DNA of 64,000 nucleotides from Chloroflexota bacterium (GCA_016190505.1 JACPQM010000043.1:9188-73187); one strand, 5' to 3'. Numbered from the stretch's first letter, positions 48,945 to 57,649 are shown. The notes: generated by a model from the sequence alone, not told the origin. A program made the numbers and translations.

Positions 48945-49813
48945 ACGTGGAAGTCCTCCTGGCCAAAGAAATGGGCTTCTGCTTCGGCGTGAAGCGGGCG
49001 GTACGTCTGCTTGAGGAGGCAGCCAGGGACGGCCCCGTGGACAGTCTGGGCAGCGTGGTGCACAATCCCCAGGTGGTGGCCCGGCTCCAGGAGCGAGGAG
49101 TCCGAGTCGTGGCATCCCCAGAGGAGGTCCGGGCGCCGACAGTGGCCATTCCCAGCCACGGGGCTGGCCCTGGGGTGGCGGACCGGTTGGCCGAGGGGCG
49201 ACGCGTGGTAGACACCACGTGCCCCATAGTGCGCCGGGCACAACAGGCGGCGGCGCGATTGCGGGAGGAAGGCTTCTACGTGGTGGTCTTTGGCGAGTCA
49301 GATCACCCGGAGGTACGGGCGGTGCTCGCCTGGGCCCAGGGGCAGGGACTGGCCACCACAGACCCGTTCGGCTTGCCCAGACCGCTTCCCAGGTGGCTGG
49401 GGGTGATCCCACAGACGACCCAGCACCTGGCCAGCTTCGCCAACTTCGTGCGCGACCTGATGAGCCTGCCGGACGGTAAGGGCAAGGCGGCGCCTTGCCC
49501 CTACTCGGAGCTGAGGGTGGTAACCAACGTGCTGTGCCAGGCTACCCAGCAGCGGCAGCAGTCGGCCCAGGACCTGGCCCGCCAGTCTGATGTGGTGATA
49601 GTGGTGGGTGGCTACAATAGCGCCAATACCCGGCGCCTGGCGGAGCTGTGCTCGCCCCTGGTGGAGACGCACCATGTTCAAACAGCAGCCGAGATAGACC
49701 CGCGCTGGCTACAGGGCCAGCGGAGAGTGGGAGTGACCGCCGGTGCGTCTACGCCCGAGGGGTCTGTCGAGGAGGTGGTGGAGCTTCTGAGGAAAAGGTT
49801 AGAAAACGGTTAA
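48941..49813 (+). CDS. ispH: 4-hydroxy-3-methylbut-2-enyl diphosphate reductase
   Basis: MGFCFGVKRAV…VHNPQVV… is a LytB/IspH sequence with conserved Cys residues. 4-nt overlap with plsC. Confidence 0.9.
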   Translation: MNVEVLLAKEMGFCFGVKRAVRLLEEAARDGPVDSLGSVVHNPQVVARLQERGVRVVASPEEVRAPTVAIPSHGAGPGVADRLAEGRRVVDTTCPIVRRAQQAAARLREEGFYVVVFGESDHPEVRAVLAWAQGQGLATTDPFGLPRPLPRWLGVIPQTTQHLASFANFVRDLMSLPDGKGKAAPCPYSELRVVTNVLCQATQQRQQSAQDLARQSDVVIVVGGYNSANTRRLAELCSPLVETHHVQTAAEIDPRWLQGQRRVGVTAGASTPEGSVEEVVELLRKRLENG

Positions 49814-49832
49814 GAAACCGGAAGGAGGAAGA

Positions 49833-50057
49833 GTGTACCAGGACATTGTCAAGAAGTTCGGCATCTACCTGAACCCAAACCAGAAGATCGCGGTGCGCAT
49901 AAACTCCCCCTACTGGATCCCGGAAGGGAGTGATTGGGTATTCTTGACGCCAGAGGTCAATATGACCATGGTAAATATCCGGAAACTGGCTGGTGAGAAG
50001 AAGCTGGTCCCAGACCCCGATAGCATTCAGTGGGGGACAATACCCGTCCGGGACTAA
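49833..50057 (+). CDS. small hypothetical protein (74 aa), low-GC
   Basis: GGAGGAAG SD followed by a GTG start. AT-rich relative to neighbours. No recognisable domain. Confidence 0.35.
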   Translation: MYQDIVKKFGIYLNPNQKIAVRINSPYWIPEGSDWVFLTPEVNMTMVNIRKLAGEKKLVPDPDSIQWGTIPVRD

Positions 50058-50088
50058 CTTGGCCAGCTAGCGTCATTCCGCGGTTATT

Positions 50089-50100
50089 TGCTATACTAAC
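50089..50100 (+). promoter_or_regulatory. TGCTATACTAAC extended -10-like motif ~55 nt upstream of ppsA
   Basis: Identical to 40391-40402. Confidence 0.35.
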
Positions 50101-50155
50101 GGCGTCCCACCTTAGCTGCTGGGAGGCCGGTGTCACTATACATTCTGGGGGAGCC

Positions 50156-52417
50156 ATGATGTCGAAGAGTATTCTGTGGTTTCAAGAGGTAGACAAGACC
50201 CACGTGGCCTTAGTGGGGGGGAAGGGTGCCAACCTGGGCGAGATGCTACGGGCTGGCATTCCGGTCCCCCCTGGGTTTATCGTCACTGCCGACAGCTATT
50301 ATTCCTTCCTCGTTTCCTCAGGGCTTGACCGGGAGATTAACGGTCTACTGGGGAGCCTTGATCCCAACGACAACAACCGCCTCCAGCAGGTCTCAGAACA
50401 CATCAAGGAGCAGATGTCCGCCGCGCCCATGCCCCCGGCCATAGCAGCGGAGATCAGGCAGGCATACAAGGACCTGGGCAACGGCCCAGTAGCCGTGCGT
50501 TCTTCAGCCACCGCCGAGGACTTGCCCGAGGCCTCTTTTGCCGGCCAACAGAGCACGTTCCTCAATGTCCAGGGGGATGACAACGTGGTGGCCGCGGTAC
50601 AGGGTTGTTGGGCGTCGCTTTTCCAGGCCCGTGCCATCTTCTACCGGGTGCAGCAAGGCTTTGACCATGGGGTGGTCAAGATCGCTGTGCCGGTGCAGCG
50701 CATGGTACAGTCGCAAGCCGCCGGGGTAATGTTCACGGTGGAGCCGACCTACGGCAACCGGGCGCGGCTGCTAATCGAGGCTGTATACGGTTTGGGCGAG
50801 GCCATCGTCTCCGGCGAGGTAAAGCCCGACATTTATTTTGTGCACAAGGGTAAAGACGGCACTGTCCGCCTGCTCAAGACCGAGGTCTCACCCCAGGAGT
50901 GGCAACTCGTGCGCAATGAACAGGCTACCGACCACGAGTCCTCTAACATCCGGGTGCCTGTACCCGCGGACAAGCGTGAGGCCGCCAAACTCACCGAAGA
51001 GCAGGTGCTGGCCCTGGCCCGCATCGGCCTTCAGGTGGAGTCGCACTACGGGCAGCCCCAGGACATCGAGTGGGCCATGGAGGGCGGAGGCCTGTACATT
51101 GTACAGTCACGGCCCATCACCACGCTGGGTAAAGCTAGTGCCAAGTTCCGCATTGACTTGACCGACGGTGAGAAGCCTATCCTCACCGGCTCCCCGGCAA
51201 GCCCTGGTGCCGGTGCTGGGCTGGTCAAGATCGTGCTGGACCCTTCCGAGTTGGGCAAGGTAGAGAAGGGTGACGTGCTGGTGGCTGAGATGACCTCGCC
51301 GGACTACGTGCCGGCCATGGTGCGGGCCTCGGCCATCGTCACCGACCGTGGTGGCCGGACCTGCCACGCCGCCATCGTGAGCCGCGAGTTGGGTGTACCT
51401 TGCGTGGTGGGCACCGAGCAGGCCACGAGTGTCCTCAGGGAGGGCGCCGAGGTCTCGGTGGACGGCTCTCGGGGCCACATCTACCCGGGCCTGAAGGTAC
51501 GGCCGGAGGAGGCCAAGGTCAGTCCGGCAGCGGGCTTGAAGACCAAGACCCGGGTGTACGTGAATCTGGCTGTCCCAGAGCTGGCCGAGGCGGTCTCCGC
51601 CCAGAACTGCGACGGGGTGGGCCTGCTCCGTGCCGAGTTCATCATCGCCAACCATATTGGTGTGCACCCGCGCTACATGATTGACCATGGGCGCGGCCAA
51701 GAGTGGGCAGATAAACTGGCCCAGGGCCTGGAGGACTTCGCCTGGAACTTCTACCCCCGGCCTGTGGTCTATCGCTTCACGGACTTCAAGACCAACGAGT
51801 ACCGCGGACTCAAGGGAGGCGATGCCTACGAGGGTGAGGAAGAGAACCCCATGCTGGGCTACCGGGGGTGCTCACGCTACATCGCCGAGCGGGATGTATT
51901 CCAGCTTGAGATAGACGCCATCCGCAGTGCGCGACAGCGGTTCGAGAACCTGTGGGTTATGGCCCCCTTCGTGCGCACGGTCAAGGAGATGGCCGATATC
52001 AAAGCCATCCTGGATGAGGAAGGGCTGCGCTCTTCAGACAAGTTCAAGGTGTGGATGATGGTGGAGGTGCCCTCGAACATCATTTTGCTGGACAAGTTCA
52101 TTGACACCGGCATAGACGGCATCTCCATCGGCTCCAACGACCTGACCCAGCTTACCCTGGGCGTGGACCGGGACAACCAGCGGCTGGCCCGCCTCTTCGA
52201 CGAACGTGACGAGGCGGTCATGCTCTCCCTGGAGAAGGCTATCGTTGGCTGCAAGCGGCGGGGTATTACCGCATCCATCTGCGGCCAGGCCCCGTCGGTG
52301 TACCCGGAGCTAACGCGTAAGCTGGTGGAGTGGGGCATCACCTCCGTATCTGTGGCGCCGGACATGATTGATACCACCCGCGAGATCGTGGCCCGAATCG
52401 AGGGTCTGCTGCAATAG
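50156..52417 (+). CDS. ppsA: phosphoenolpyruvate synthase (pyruvate, water dikinase)
   Basis: MMSKSILWFQEVDK…GGKGANLGEM N-terminus. Phospho-His domain (…RGGRTCHAAIVSRELG…). C-terminal PEP-utilising domain. ATG at 50156 after a GGGGGAG motif. Confidence 0.9.
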   Translation: MMSKSILWFQEVDKTHVALVGGKGANLGEMLRAGIPVPPGFIVTADSYYSFLVSSGLDREINGLLGSLDPNDNNRLQQVSEHIKEQMSAAPMPPAIAAEIRQAYKDLGNGPVAVRSSATAEDLPEASFAGQQSTFLNVQGDDNVVAAVQGCWASLFQARAIFYRVQQGFDHGVVKIAVPVQRMVQSQAAGVMFTVEPTYGNRARLLIEAVYGLGEAIVSGEVKPDIYFVHKGKDGTVRLLKTEVSPQEWQLVRNEQATDHESSNIRVPVPADKREAAKLTEEQVLALARIGLQVESHYGQPQDIEWAMEGGGLYIVQSRPITTLGKASAKFRIDLTDGEKPILTGSPASPGAGAGLVKIVLDPSELGKVEKGDVLVAEMTSPDYVPAMVRASAIVTDRGGRTCHAAIVSRELGVPCVVGTEQATSVLREGAEVSVDGSRGHIYPGLKVRPEEAKVSPAAGLKTKTRVYVNLAVPELAEAVSAQNCDGVGLLRAEFIIANHIGVHPRYMIDHGRGQEWADKLAQGLEDFAWNFYPRPVVYRFTDFKTNEYRGLKGGDAYEGEEENPMLGYRGCSRYIAERDVFQLEIDAIRSARQRFENLWVMAPFVRTVKEMADIKAILDEEGLRSSDKFKVWMMVEVPSNIILLDKFIDTGIDGISIGSNDLTQLTLGVDRDNQRLARLFDERDEAVMLSLEKAIVGCKRRGITASICGQAPSVYPELTRKLVEWGITSVSVAPDMIDTTREIVARIEGLLQ

Positions 52418-52446
52418 CGTCAAGCTGATTTCAGGAGGAGTGCCAA

Positions 52447-52521
52447 ATGGCTACACAGACCAAGCCTGCCGCCAAGCCCGCTGCTACCCCGGCCAAGCCC
52501 AAGAAGGGGTGCTGCTGCTAG
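52447..52521 (+). CDS. 24-codon ORF MATQTKPAAKPAATPAKPKKGCCC (Lys/Pro/Ala-rich, C-terminal Cys triplet)
   Basis: AGGAGG 8 nt upstream of the ATG. Stop TAG at 52519-52521. It is immediately upstream of an Fe-S protein gene cluster. Confidence 0.4.
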   Translation: MATQTKPAAKPAATPAKPKKGCCC

Positions 52522-52532
52522 CGGCGAAGCCG

Positions 52533-52844
52533 ATGGCCCAGGGGACGAAGGGGGCCAAGTTGCCCCGTGAGGTAACGTCAGCCGCGGCCGCTACCGAAAT
52601 TGCCCTTGCGTTTGCCAAGAAGCATAGCTTGGTAGCTGTACCGTTGCGCGCCGTGCGGCAAGAAGGTGCGTGGCTCGTCGAGATAAATGTCGGCCTTCTT
52701 CGTGTGCTCAAGGCTACCCTCAGGATAAACGCCCAAACAGGGACCATTCTGGAATACGTTTTGCCGGAGGGAGTTCATTCCGCTTGGCCGTCAGCAACCT
52801 CAGGCCAATGTGGTGGTGCTTGTACTCCAGGCTTAGAGAGGTGA
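52533..52844 (+). CDS. PepSY-like small protein (hypothetical)
   Basis: The pattern …AWLVEINVGLLRVLKATLRINAQTGTILEY resembles a PepSY fold. The start codon is uncertain. Different frame from the 24-codon ORF. Confidence 0.3.
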   Translation: MAQGTKGAKLPREVTSAAAATEIALAFAKKHSLVAVPLRAVRQEGAWLVEINVGLLRVLKATLRINAQTGTILEYVLPEGVHSAWPSATSGQCGGACTPGLER

Positions 52845-52847
52845 ATT

Positions 52848-53684
52848 ATGTGCGTCTGGTGTGAACGTTACTCCGAAGGCGCTGAGCGCTGGTACTTCAA
52901 CCCGGCAAACTACGCTCGCAGGCTGTACAAGATACGCCGCGAGGAGGCGGAGGCCGCTGGCGCCGAGGCCAACCCCCAGCGCGCCGGGGGCATGACCGCC
53001 GGTGGCAGGCCCTTCCAGGAGGCCATGGCCGTCCGTGATGTCGCCACCATGGAGCGCATCAAGAAAGAGGCTGAGGAGCGCGCCTGGGCCACCCACTTCG
53101 GCCAGGTGGTCACCCTGGAGGAGACCCTCAAGATCGTTGACCTCATCTATCCCATTGGCCAAATGACCTGCAACTGCCGCCGCTCCATGCGCGGCCTCCC
53201 CGACGAGGAGAACTTCACCTGCATCGGCATGGGGCCAGGGATGTACAAGTGGGAGCGCTGGCCGGACACCTACCGAGGCGGAGTCGAGTTCCTCACTACG
53301 GCTCAGGCCAAGGACCTGGTCACCCGCCTCCATCACCGGGGCTATGTCCAGGTCATGTACACCTTCGGCACGCCGTACCTGGGGGGCATCTGCAACTGCG
53401 ACTACCCGGACTGCGGCGGCTTCCGGACTACGGTGGACCTGGGCATCAAGTGCGTGTGGAAAGGGCACTACGTGGCCCAGGTGGACCCTAACAAGTGCAA
53501 CGGCTGCGGGCTGTGCGTATCTCGGTGCCAGTTCAAGGCCCTGTCCTTCAACCCCAGCTACAACATGGCCTACGTGGACCAGATGCAGTGCTTCGGCTGT
53601 GGCCAGTGCCAGATACCGTGCAAACCTAACGCCATCTCCCTGCTGGACCGCTCCAAGATTCCCGCTCTGGCCACCGTATGGTGA
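52848..53684 (+). CDS. Cys-rich protein with C-terminal 2x[4Fe-4S] ferredoxin-type motifs
   Basis: AGAGAGGTGA SD. N-terminus MCVWCERY… with additional Cys clusters (TCNCRR, GICNCDYPDCGG). The C-terminus carries CNGCGLCVSRC and CFGCGQCQIPC. Confidence 0.7.
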   Translation: MCVWCERYSEGAERWYFNPANYARRLYKIRREEAEAAGAEANPQRAGGMTAGGRPFQEAMAVRDVATMERIKKEAEERAWATHFGQVVTLEETLKIVDLIYPIGQMTCNCRRSMRGLPDEENFTCIGMGPGMYKWERWPDTYRGGVEFLTTAQAKDLVTRLHHRGYVQVMYTFGTPYLGGICNCDYPDCGGFRTTVDLGIKCVWKGHYVAQVDPNKCNGCGLCVSRCQFKALSFNPSYNMAYVDQMQCFGCGQCQIPCKPNAISLLDRSKIPALATVW

Positions 53685-53779
53685 AGGGACTTTCCTTCCC
53701 CCTCGACGGGGGAAGGTTAGGATGGGGGTGAGGCTCGCTTGTCTTTGGTTGAACGAGGCTAACTGTGGGAGGAAACGCT

Positions 53780-54031
53780 GTGCTACCTGACGTGACTGTT
53801 GATGCTGCGAAGTGTACCGACCCGCTGAGTTGCCGGGCCTGCCTGCTGGTCTGCCCCAACCGGGTGCTGGGGCTGGGGACCCGGGTGGCCCCGCGCAAGT
53901 TCGCCGAGACCGACCCCAAGGACTTCGAGGTCCAGATGGTCCGCTACCTGTCGTGCACCCTGTGCCGCCAGTGCGAGGCGGCCTGCCCCACCGGCGCCTT
54001 GAGCATAGACGAAGGGAGGGTGCCCGCATGA
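53780..54031 (+). CDS. 2[4Fe-4S] ferredoxin
   Basis: GGGAGG SD 7 nt before the GTG. Cys arrays CTDPLSCRACLLVC and CTLCRQCEAAC. Confidence 0.7.
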   Translation: MLPDVTVDAAKCTDPLSCRACLLVCPNRVLGLGTRVAPRKFAETDPKDFEVQMVRYLSCTLCRQCEAACPTGALSIDEGRVPA

Positions 54032-54618
54032 GGCCCGCTTCTCGCCGCAGCCCGTTGCCCCCACCGGCGGCCCCGTTCACCTTGGAGGAGCCAGGCAAGC
54101 CGCTCCTGTTCGACGCCGACCGGGGCCTGCCCGACGAGGTCACCGCCCGCTACAGCGTTAAGACGTTGGTGGCGTCGCTAACGCCGGACCTGCCAGCCGC
54201 TCGCAAGGCGTGCGCCGACTTTGGCCGGGGTGCCATGGGGCTCACCATAGAGCTGGCCGACAGCAAGTACCAGGACCGGGCCGGGGAGATGATCGAGAAG
54301 GTCTACCTCAAGACGGGCATCTCGTTCCCCCACCGCCTCCAGCGCTACGCCGAGCTATTCCTCATTGCCGTCCGGCCCCTGGACCGCTGGAACGTGACCT
54401 GCGCTACGCCGGACAAGCTGACCATCGAGGTCTCCGGCTGCGCCGTGTTCCAGGCGATGAAAGTGAAGGGCCTGTCCTACAAGGAACTGCCCTGTTTGGA
54501 GCTATGCCTGGGAGGCTTCCGCGTGGCCGCCGACAAGACGGGCGACAAGGTGCGCCTGGACGTGCCCAAGACCCTGCCCAGAGACGGGCGCTGCCAGTTC
54601 GTGCTCGCAGTGGCGTAG
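54028..54618 (+). CDS. hypothetical protein (196 aa), possibly ATC-hydrolase-like
   Basis: The ATG overlaps the ferredoxin stop (ATGA) and is preceded by a GGGAGGG SD. No confident domain call. Confidence 0.5.
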   Translation: MRPASRRSPLPPPAAPFTLEEPGKPLLFDADRGLPDEVTARYSVKTLVASLTPDLPAARKACADFGRGAMGLTIELADSKYQDRAGEMIEKVYLKTGISFPHRLQRYAELFLIAVRPLDRWNVTCATPDKLTIEVSGCAVFQAMKVKGLSYKELPCLELCLGGFRVAADKTGDKVRLDVPKTLPRDGRCQFVLAVA

Positions 54619-54756
54619 CTTTGTCTCTGTGGCTCGGGTGCCGGAACGTGGTTCCCTTGACTGGTTCGCTCAGGTAGCGCGGCGAGAAGAATATGATAAC
54701 CAGCCGACGGCGATGCGTATTGTGCTTGGCCGCCAACCGCAAGCCAGCGTGACATT

Positions 54757-55173
54757 TTAGCCGCGGCGGTCTGCCAGTCTCTCGAATATCCCCAGACTAC
54801 ATATCTGAACTGCGGCGAACTCCAGTAGATCTCGGCGCGACTTGGCCCTTGATTTCAGGTCGATGTCCCTAAGTAGGTCAACGACTTCTTCTTCGTCACA
54901 TTCAACCTGGTCGAAATACTGGATGATCTCGTCTTTCGACATGGCCTTGAGTTCATCTAGGGATTTCGCGATGCGCCTGTCCACTTCCTTCACAATCTGG
55001 GCGGCGATCTTGCTCTTGGTGTCTTTGGTAGTCGCCTTCACACCCAACGAACTAGCCGTCTGGGCTAACTCTTGGGTGTTGATTCTCTTGCTGCTATCAA
55101 GCGCAGCAATTGCACCTTCTCTTCCAACCATGGCAACGAGAGTCTTGACATCTTCTTTTGAAATGCGTGTCAT
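54757..55173 (-). CDS. hypothetical small protein, downstream partner of ParA-like ATPase
   Basis: It lies 17 nt after the ParA stop in the same AT-rich patch. Charged, Lys-rich, 138 aa. Confidence 0.55.
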   Translation of the reverse strand: MTRISKEDVKTLVAMVGREGAIAALDSSKRINTQELAQTASSLGVKATTKDTKSKIAAQIVKEVDRRIAKSLDELKAMSKDEIIQYFDQVECDEEEVVDLLRDIDLKSRAKSRRDLLEFAAVQICSLGIFERLADRRG

Positions 55174-55189
55174 ACAAGAACCCCCGTGC

Positions 55190-56080
55190 TTAGAGCTTGC
55201 TTAGCAATTCGTTGATCAACTGGCGAAACTGCTCCGCCTGCTTTTCGGCATTCACGCCAGAAATGTCGTACACAGAGCACCCTTGCTCAGCAGCCCACCG
55301 GATGCCATCCCCTTCCGTAATGTACGTGTCAAAAATGCCGGTTGTCCTCTTAAGTCGGTTATAAGTGATCGTCTCGGAGTACTTCAGCCCGCCGCCCCAC
55401 TCACGGCACATCATGCCGATGGCCCCCAGGAAAACCGTGTCTTTGTAACCTGGTAGGAGTCCCAAGAGGGACCCGACCGCCTTTACATCCGCATCTACGT
55501 TCTTGATAGCCTCTATGGTTGACGGCACGCCTATGGCGGATTGGGCATCCAGTTTCACGGGAGATACGCAGTAGTCCGAGGCGTAGATTACGGCCTTTTC
55601 CAAATCATAGAGGTCTGGATGACTGTCGATGAGAACAAAGTCGTATGGTCTGTTTGCGCCAACCAAACGTTCCAGGCAGTCTCGAATGAGGGTAAGATGG
55701 CGCATGATCATTCTGTTATTGTCACGCAGATTGTTCGTCGGGGGCATTTTGTCTACCGAGATTGAGTTGAGCCTCGGATCAGCCGGAACAAGATCTATCT
55801 TGTCTTTCTTGGCGGGAAGCACCGTTACCGGTAGGACGTCCTGTCCACTGTACAACGCTCTATAAGCGTGGTAGAGGGTTACATGCGGGACATCACCCAA
55901 CCGGAAGTTCTCGAGCATTTCGGGCCGCAAGCGACAGGTGAGCCCACCCCTTTGGTAATCGGTGTCAATCACCAACACATTGACGTCGTGAAACAGTCGG
56001 AGGCCCACAGCAATATGATATACAGTCGTCGTCTTACCGACGCCTCCCTTTTCACTAATGAAGCTTATTATCTTGGCCAC
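55190..56080 (-). CDS. ParA/MinD/Soj-family ATPase (deviant Walker A)
   Basis: KGGVGKTT deviant Walker A. The GTG start is preceded by an AGGAGGGTGAT SD. Low-GC region. Confidence 0.85.
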   Translation of the reverse strand: MAKIISFISEKGGVGKTTTVYHIAVGLRLFHDVNVLVIDTDYQRGGLTCRLRPEMLENFRLGDVPHVTLYHAYRALYSGQDVLPVTVLPAKKDKIDLVPADPRLNSISVDKMPPTNNLRDNNRMIMRHLTLIRDCLERLVGANRPYDFVLIDSHPDLYDLEKAVIYASDYCVSPVKLDAQSAIGVPSTIEAIKNVDADVKAVGSLLGLLPGYKDTVFLGAIGMMCREWGGGLKYSETITYNRLKRTTGIFDTYITEGDGIRWAAEQGCSVYDISGVNAEKQAEQFRQLINELLSKL

Positions 56081-56163
56081 ATCACCCTCCTTTCACGCCA
56101 TCCGTGACAACCTCAACGCGCCAACTGTGGTGCAACGTGGAATAGTCTGCCGCTGGCCTTCGC

Positions 56164-56186
56164 AACGCCATTAGCCTAACGCCATT
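56164..56186. promoter_or_regulatory. direct repeats AACGCCATT x2 (spaced 14 nt), ~90 nt upstream of the parA-like start; candidate partition site or operator
   Basis: Seen directly. Additional CAACG half-repeats nearby. Confidence 0.3.
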
Positions 56187-56236
56187 GCGGGCAGGTGTCA
56201 ATGCTCTGCTGTGCAGAAGCTGAGTAGTCGTTCAGC

Positions 56237-56297
56237 CCCAGGCTCACGCGCAGGGCCTGGTTCACCTCGCGCATCTTCTCGGCGCTCAAGGCGTCGC
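56237..56297 (-). pseudogene. orphan 3'-terminal fragment of a mazF-like gene (encodes …ALSAEKMREVNQALRVSLG)
   Basis: >80% nucleotide similarity to the 3' end of the second mazF copy (57027-57090). It sits directly downstream of the first mazF stop. Confidence 0.45.
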
Positions 56298-56615
56298 CTA
56301 CTCCTCCATCCCCAGCGCGTAGTGTATGGCGGCGTCTACAGCCTCGAGCTTCTTGGGATCTAGCATGCCGATACGAGTGTCAAGCCTGTTCTTGTTGATA
56401 GTGATGATGGTGTCTAGGTTGGCTACTGAGGGCCGCGATAGACCGTCCTCCCTCCCAAGCCGCACCTCGGCGGGAATATCTCGGATGCGTGTTGTCACCT
56501 GAGTCACCATGATCAGGCTGCGGACCGCGTAAGCGTCGTCTCGAGAGAGAAGCAACACAGGCCGACGCCCGCTGGGCGGCGCCAGGTTAGCCCACCACAG
56601 TTCGCCGCGCCTCAC
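56298..56615 (-). CDS. MazF/PemK-family endoribonuclease toxin
   Basis: RGELWWANL…GRRPVLLLSRD… PemK fold. 4-nt overlap with the upstream antitoxin. Confidence 0.8.
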   Translation of the reverse strand: MRRGELWWANLAPPSGRRPVLLLSRDDAYAVRSLIMVTQVTTRIRDIPAEVRLGREDGLSRPSVANLDTIITINKNRLDTRIGMLDPKKLEAVDAAIHYALGMEE

Positions 56616-56884
56616 TGTTCCGCCCCCTCATCCCAGGGGTTCTCGGCCATGACGTCCGCGAGCGCGGATTCCGCAAAGGCGATCTCTTCGGCAGTCTCGG
56701 GGTACTGCTGGTAGCCTCGGATGTACCGCTCGATCTCTTCGCGCTCGCGCTGCCGGCGGAAGAAAGCCTCGATGGCGCGCCGGAGGAACTGGCTACGGGT
56801 CTCCCCACCTGCCGCGCGTTCCCTCTCAATGCTATCCAACAGGTCTCTGGGCAAACTGAAGGTGATCTTGGCTGTGTCTTGCAT
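56612..56884 (-). CDS. ribbon-helix-helix (CopG/MazE-like) antitoxin
   Basis: N-terminal KITFSLPRDLLDSIER is a RHH motif. Translationally coupled to mazF. Confidence 0.75.
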   Translation of the reverse strand: MQDTAKITFSLPRDLLDSIERERAAGGETRSQFLRRAIEAFFRRQREREEIERYIRGYQQYPETAEEIAFAESALADVMAENPWDEGAEQ

Positions 56885-56900
56885 ACCTATCTCCTACTGC

Positions 56901-56920
56901 GTTCATACCGAAGTATGAAC
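56901..56920. promoter_or_regulatory. palindrome gttcatac-cgaa-gtatgaac upstream of the first RHH-mazF operon (candidate antitoxin operator)
   Basis: 8-bp arms. A related tcatac-N5-gtatga is found upstream of the second pair. Confidence 0.4.
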
Positions 56921-57014
56921 CAGGCCTCGCCATTCGTCAATGCCTGCGCGGTCGGGTTGTCCCGACAAGTCGGGACGACCTACGGCTTGAGACGCTTTCC
57001 TTTGGCAGAGGGAT

Positions 57015-57359
57015 CTACTCCTCCAGCCCCAGGCTCAGGTGCAGCGCCTGATCCACCTCGCGCATCTTTTCGGCGCTCAATGCGCCTGCCTGGTTACCAA
57101 GGCGCGACTGGTCTACGGTCCTGAGTTGCTCGCACAGGACCGTGCCGTCCAGTCCCAGGCCGCTTTCCAGGGCCGTGAACGGTACGTGGAATGGGTGGGT
57201 ACGGCGGCGCGCCTGCGATGTCAATGCGGCTACGATGGTGGTGGGGCTGAACTGGTTGCCCGCGTCGTTCTGAACGATGACCACAGGGCGGCGCCCGGCC
57301 TGCTCGGAGCCAGTGGCGGCGCCAAGCTCCAGCCAGTAGACCTCGCCGCGCCTAACCAT
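57015..57359 (-). CDS. MazF/PemK-family toxin (second copy)
   Basis: The internal ATG (MVRRGEVYWLEL…GRRPVVIVQND…) overlaps the antitoxin stop. The longer TTG-initiated ORF to 57404 is less likely. Confidence 0.75.
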   Translation of the reverse strand: MVRRGEVYWLELGAATGSEQAGRRPVVIVQNDAGNQFSPTTIVAALTSQARRRTHPFHVPFTALESGLGLDGTVLCEQLRTVDQSRLGNQAGALSAEKMREVDQALHLSLGLEE

Positions 57360-57624
57360 TGGCAGGCTCGTCCCATCGGATGTACTTCCGCATCGTCGCG
57401 ACAACCAGCGGCCAGGCCTCCTCCGCCTCCCGCCGGTTCTCCTCGGCCATCTCGCGGTAGCCTTCGGCCATCGCTGCCTCGATGCGCTCCCTCTCTGCCC
57501 TCTTGAGCAGATCGGCGATCACCTCGCTGCGACTGATGGACCGTTCTTTGGCCAGGCGGTCTGCGAATTGGAGCAGCGCCTTGGGCAGGCTAATGGTCAC
57601 CTTGGCCACTCGTTCCTTTGCCAT
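57352..57624 (-). CDS. ribbon-helix-helix antitoxin (second copy)
   Basis: KVTISLPKALLQFADRLAKERSISRSEVI is a RHH motif. Confidence 0.75.
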   Translation of the reverse strand: MAKERVAKVTISLPKALLQFADRLAKERSISRSEVIADLLKRAERERIEAAMAEGYREMAEENRREAEEAWPLVVATMRKYIRWDEPANG

Positions 57625-57649
57625 TAGTCACCTCCAGTCGTACATTATA

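Noticed and set aside
52368-52844. 158-aa ORF spanning the ppsA end to the Cys-rich protein gene
   Set aside because: It starts with TTG inside the ppsA coding region. The N-terminal half has no support. It overlaps the SD-equipped 24-codon ORF in another frame. Only its C-terminal PepSY-like part (from ATG 52533) was kept, at low confidence.
57015-57404. longer TTG-initiated version of the second mazF
   Set aside because: It would overlap the antitoxin by >50 nt. The internal ATG gives the canonical short start/stop overlap and a MazF-length protein.
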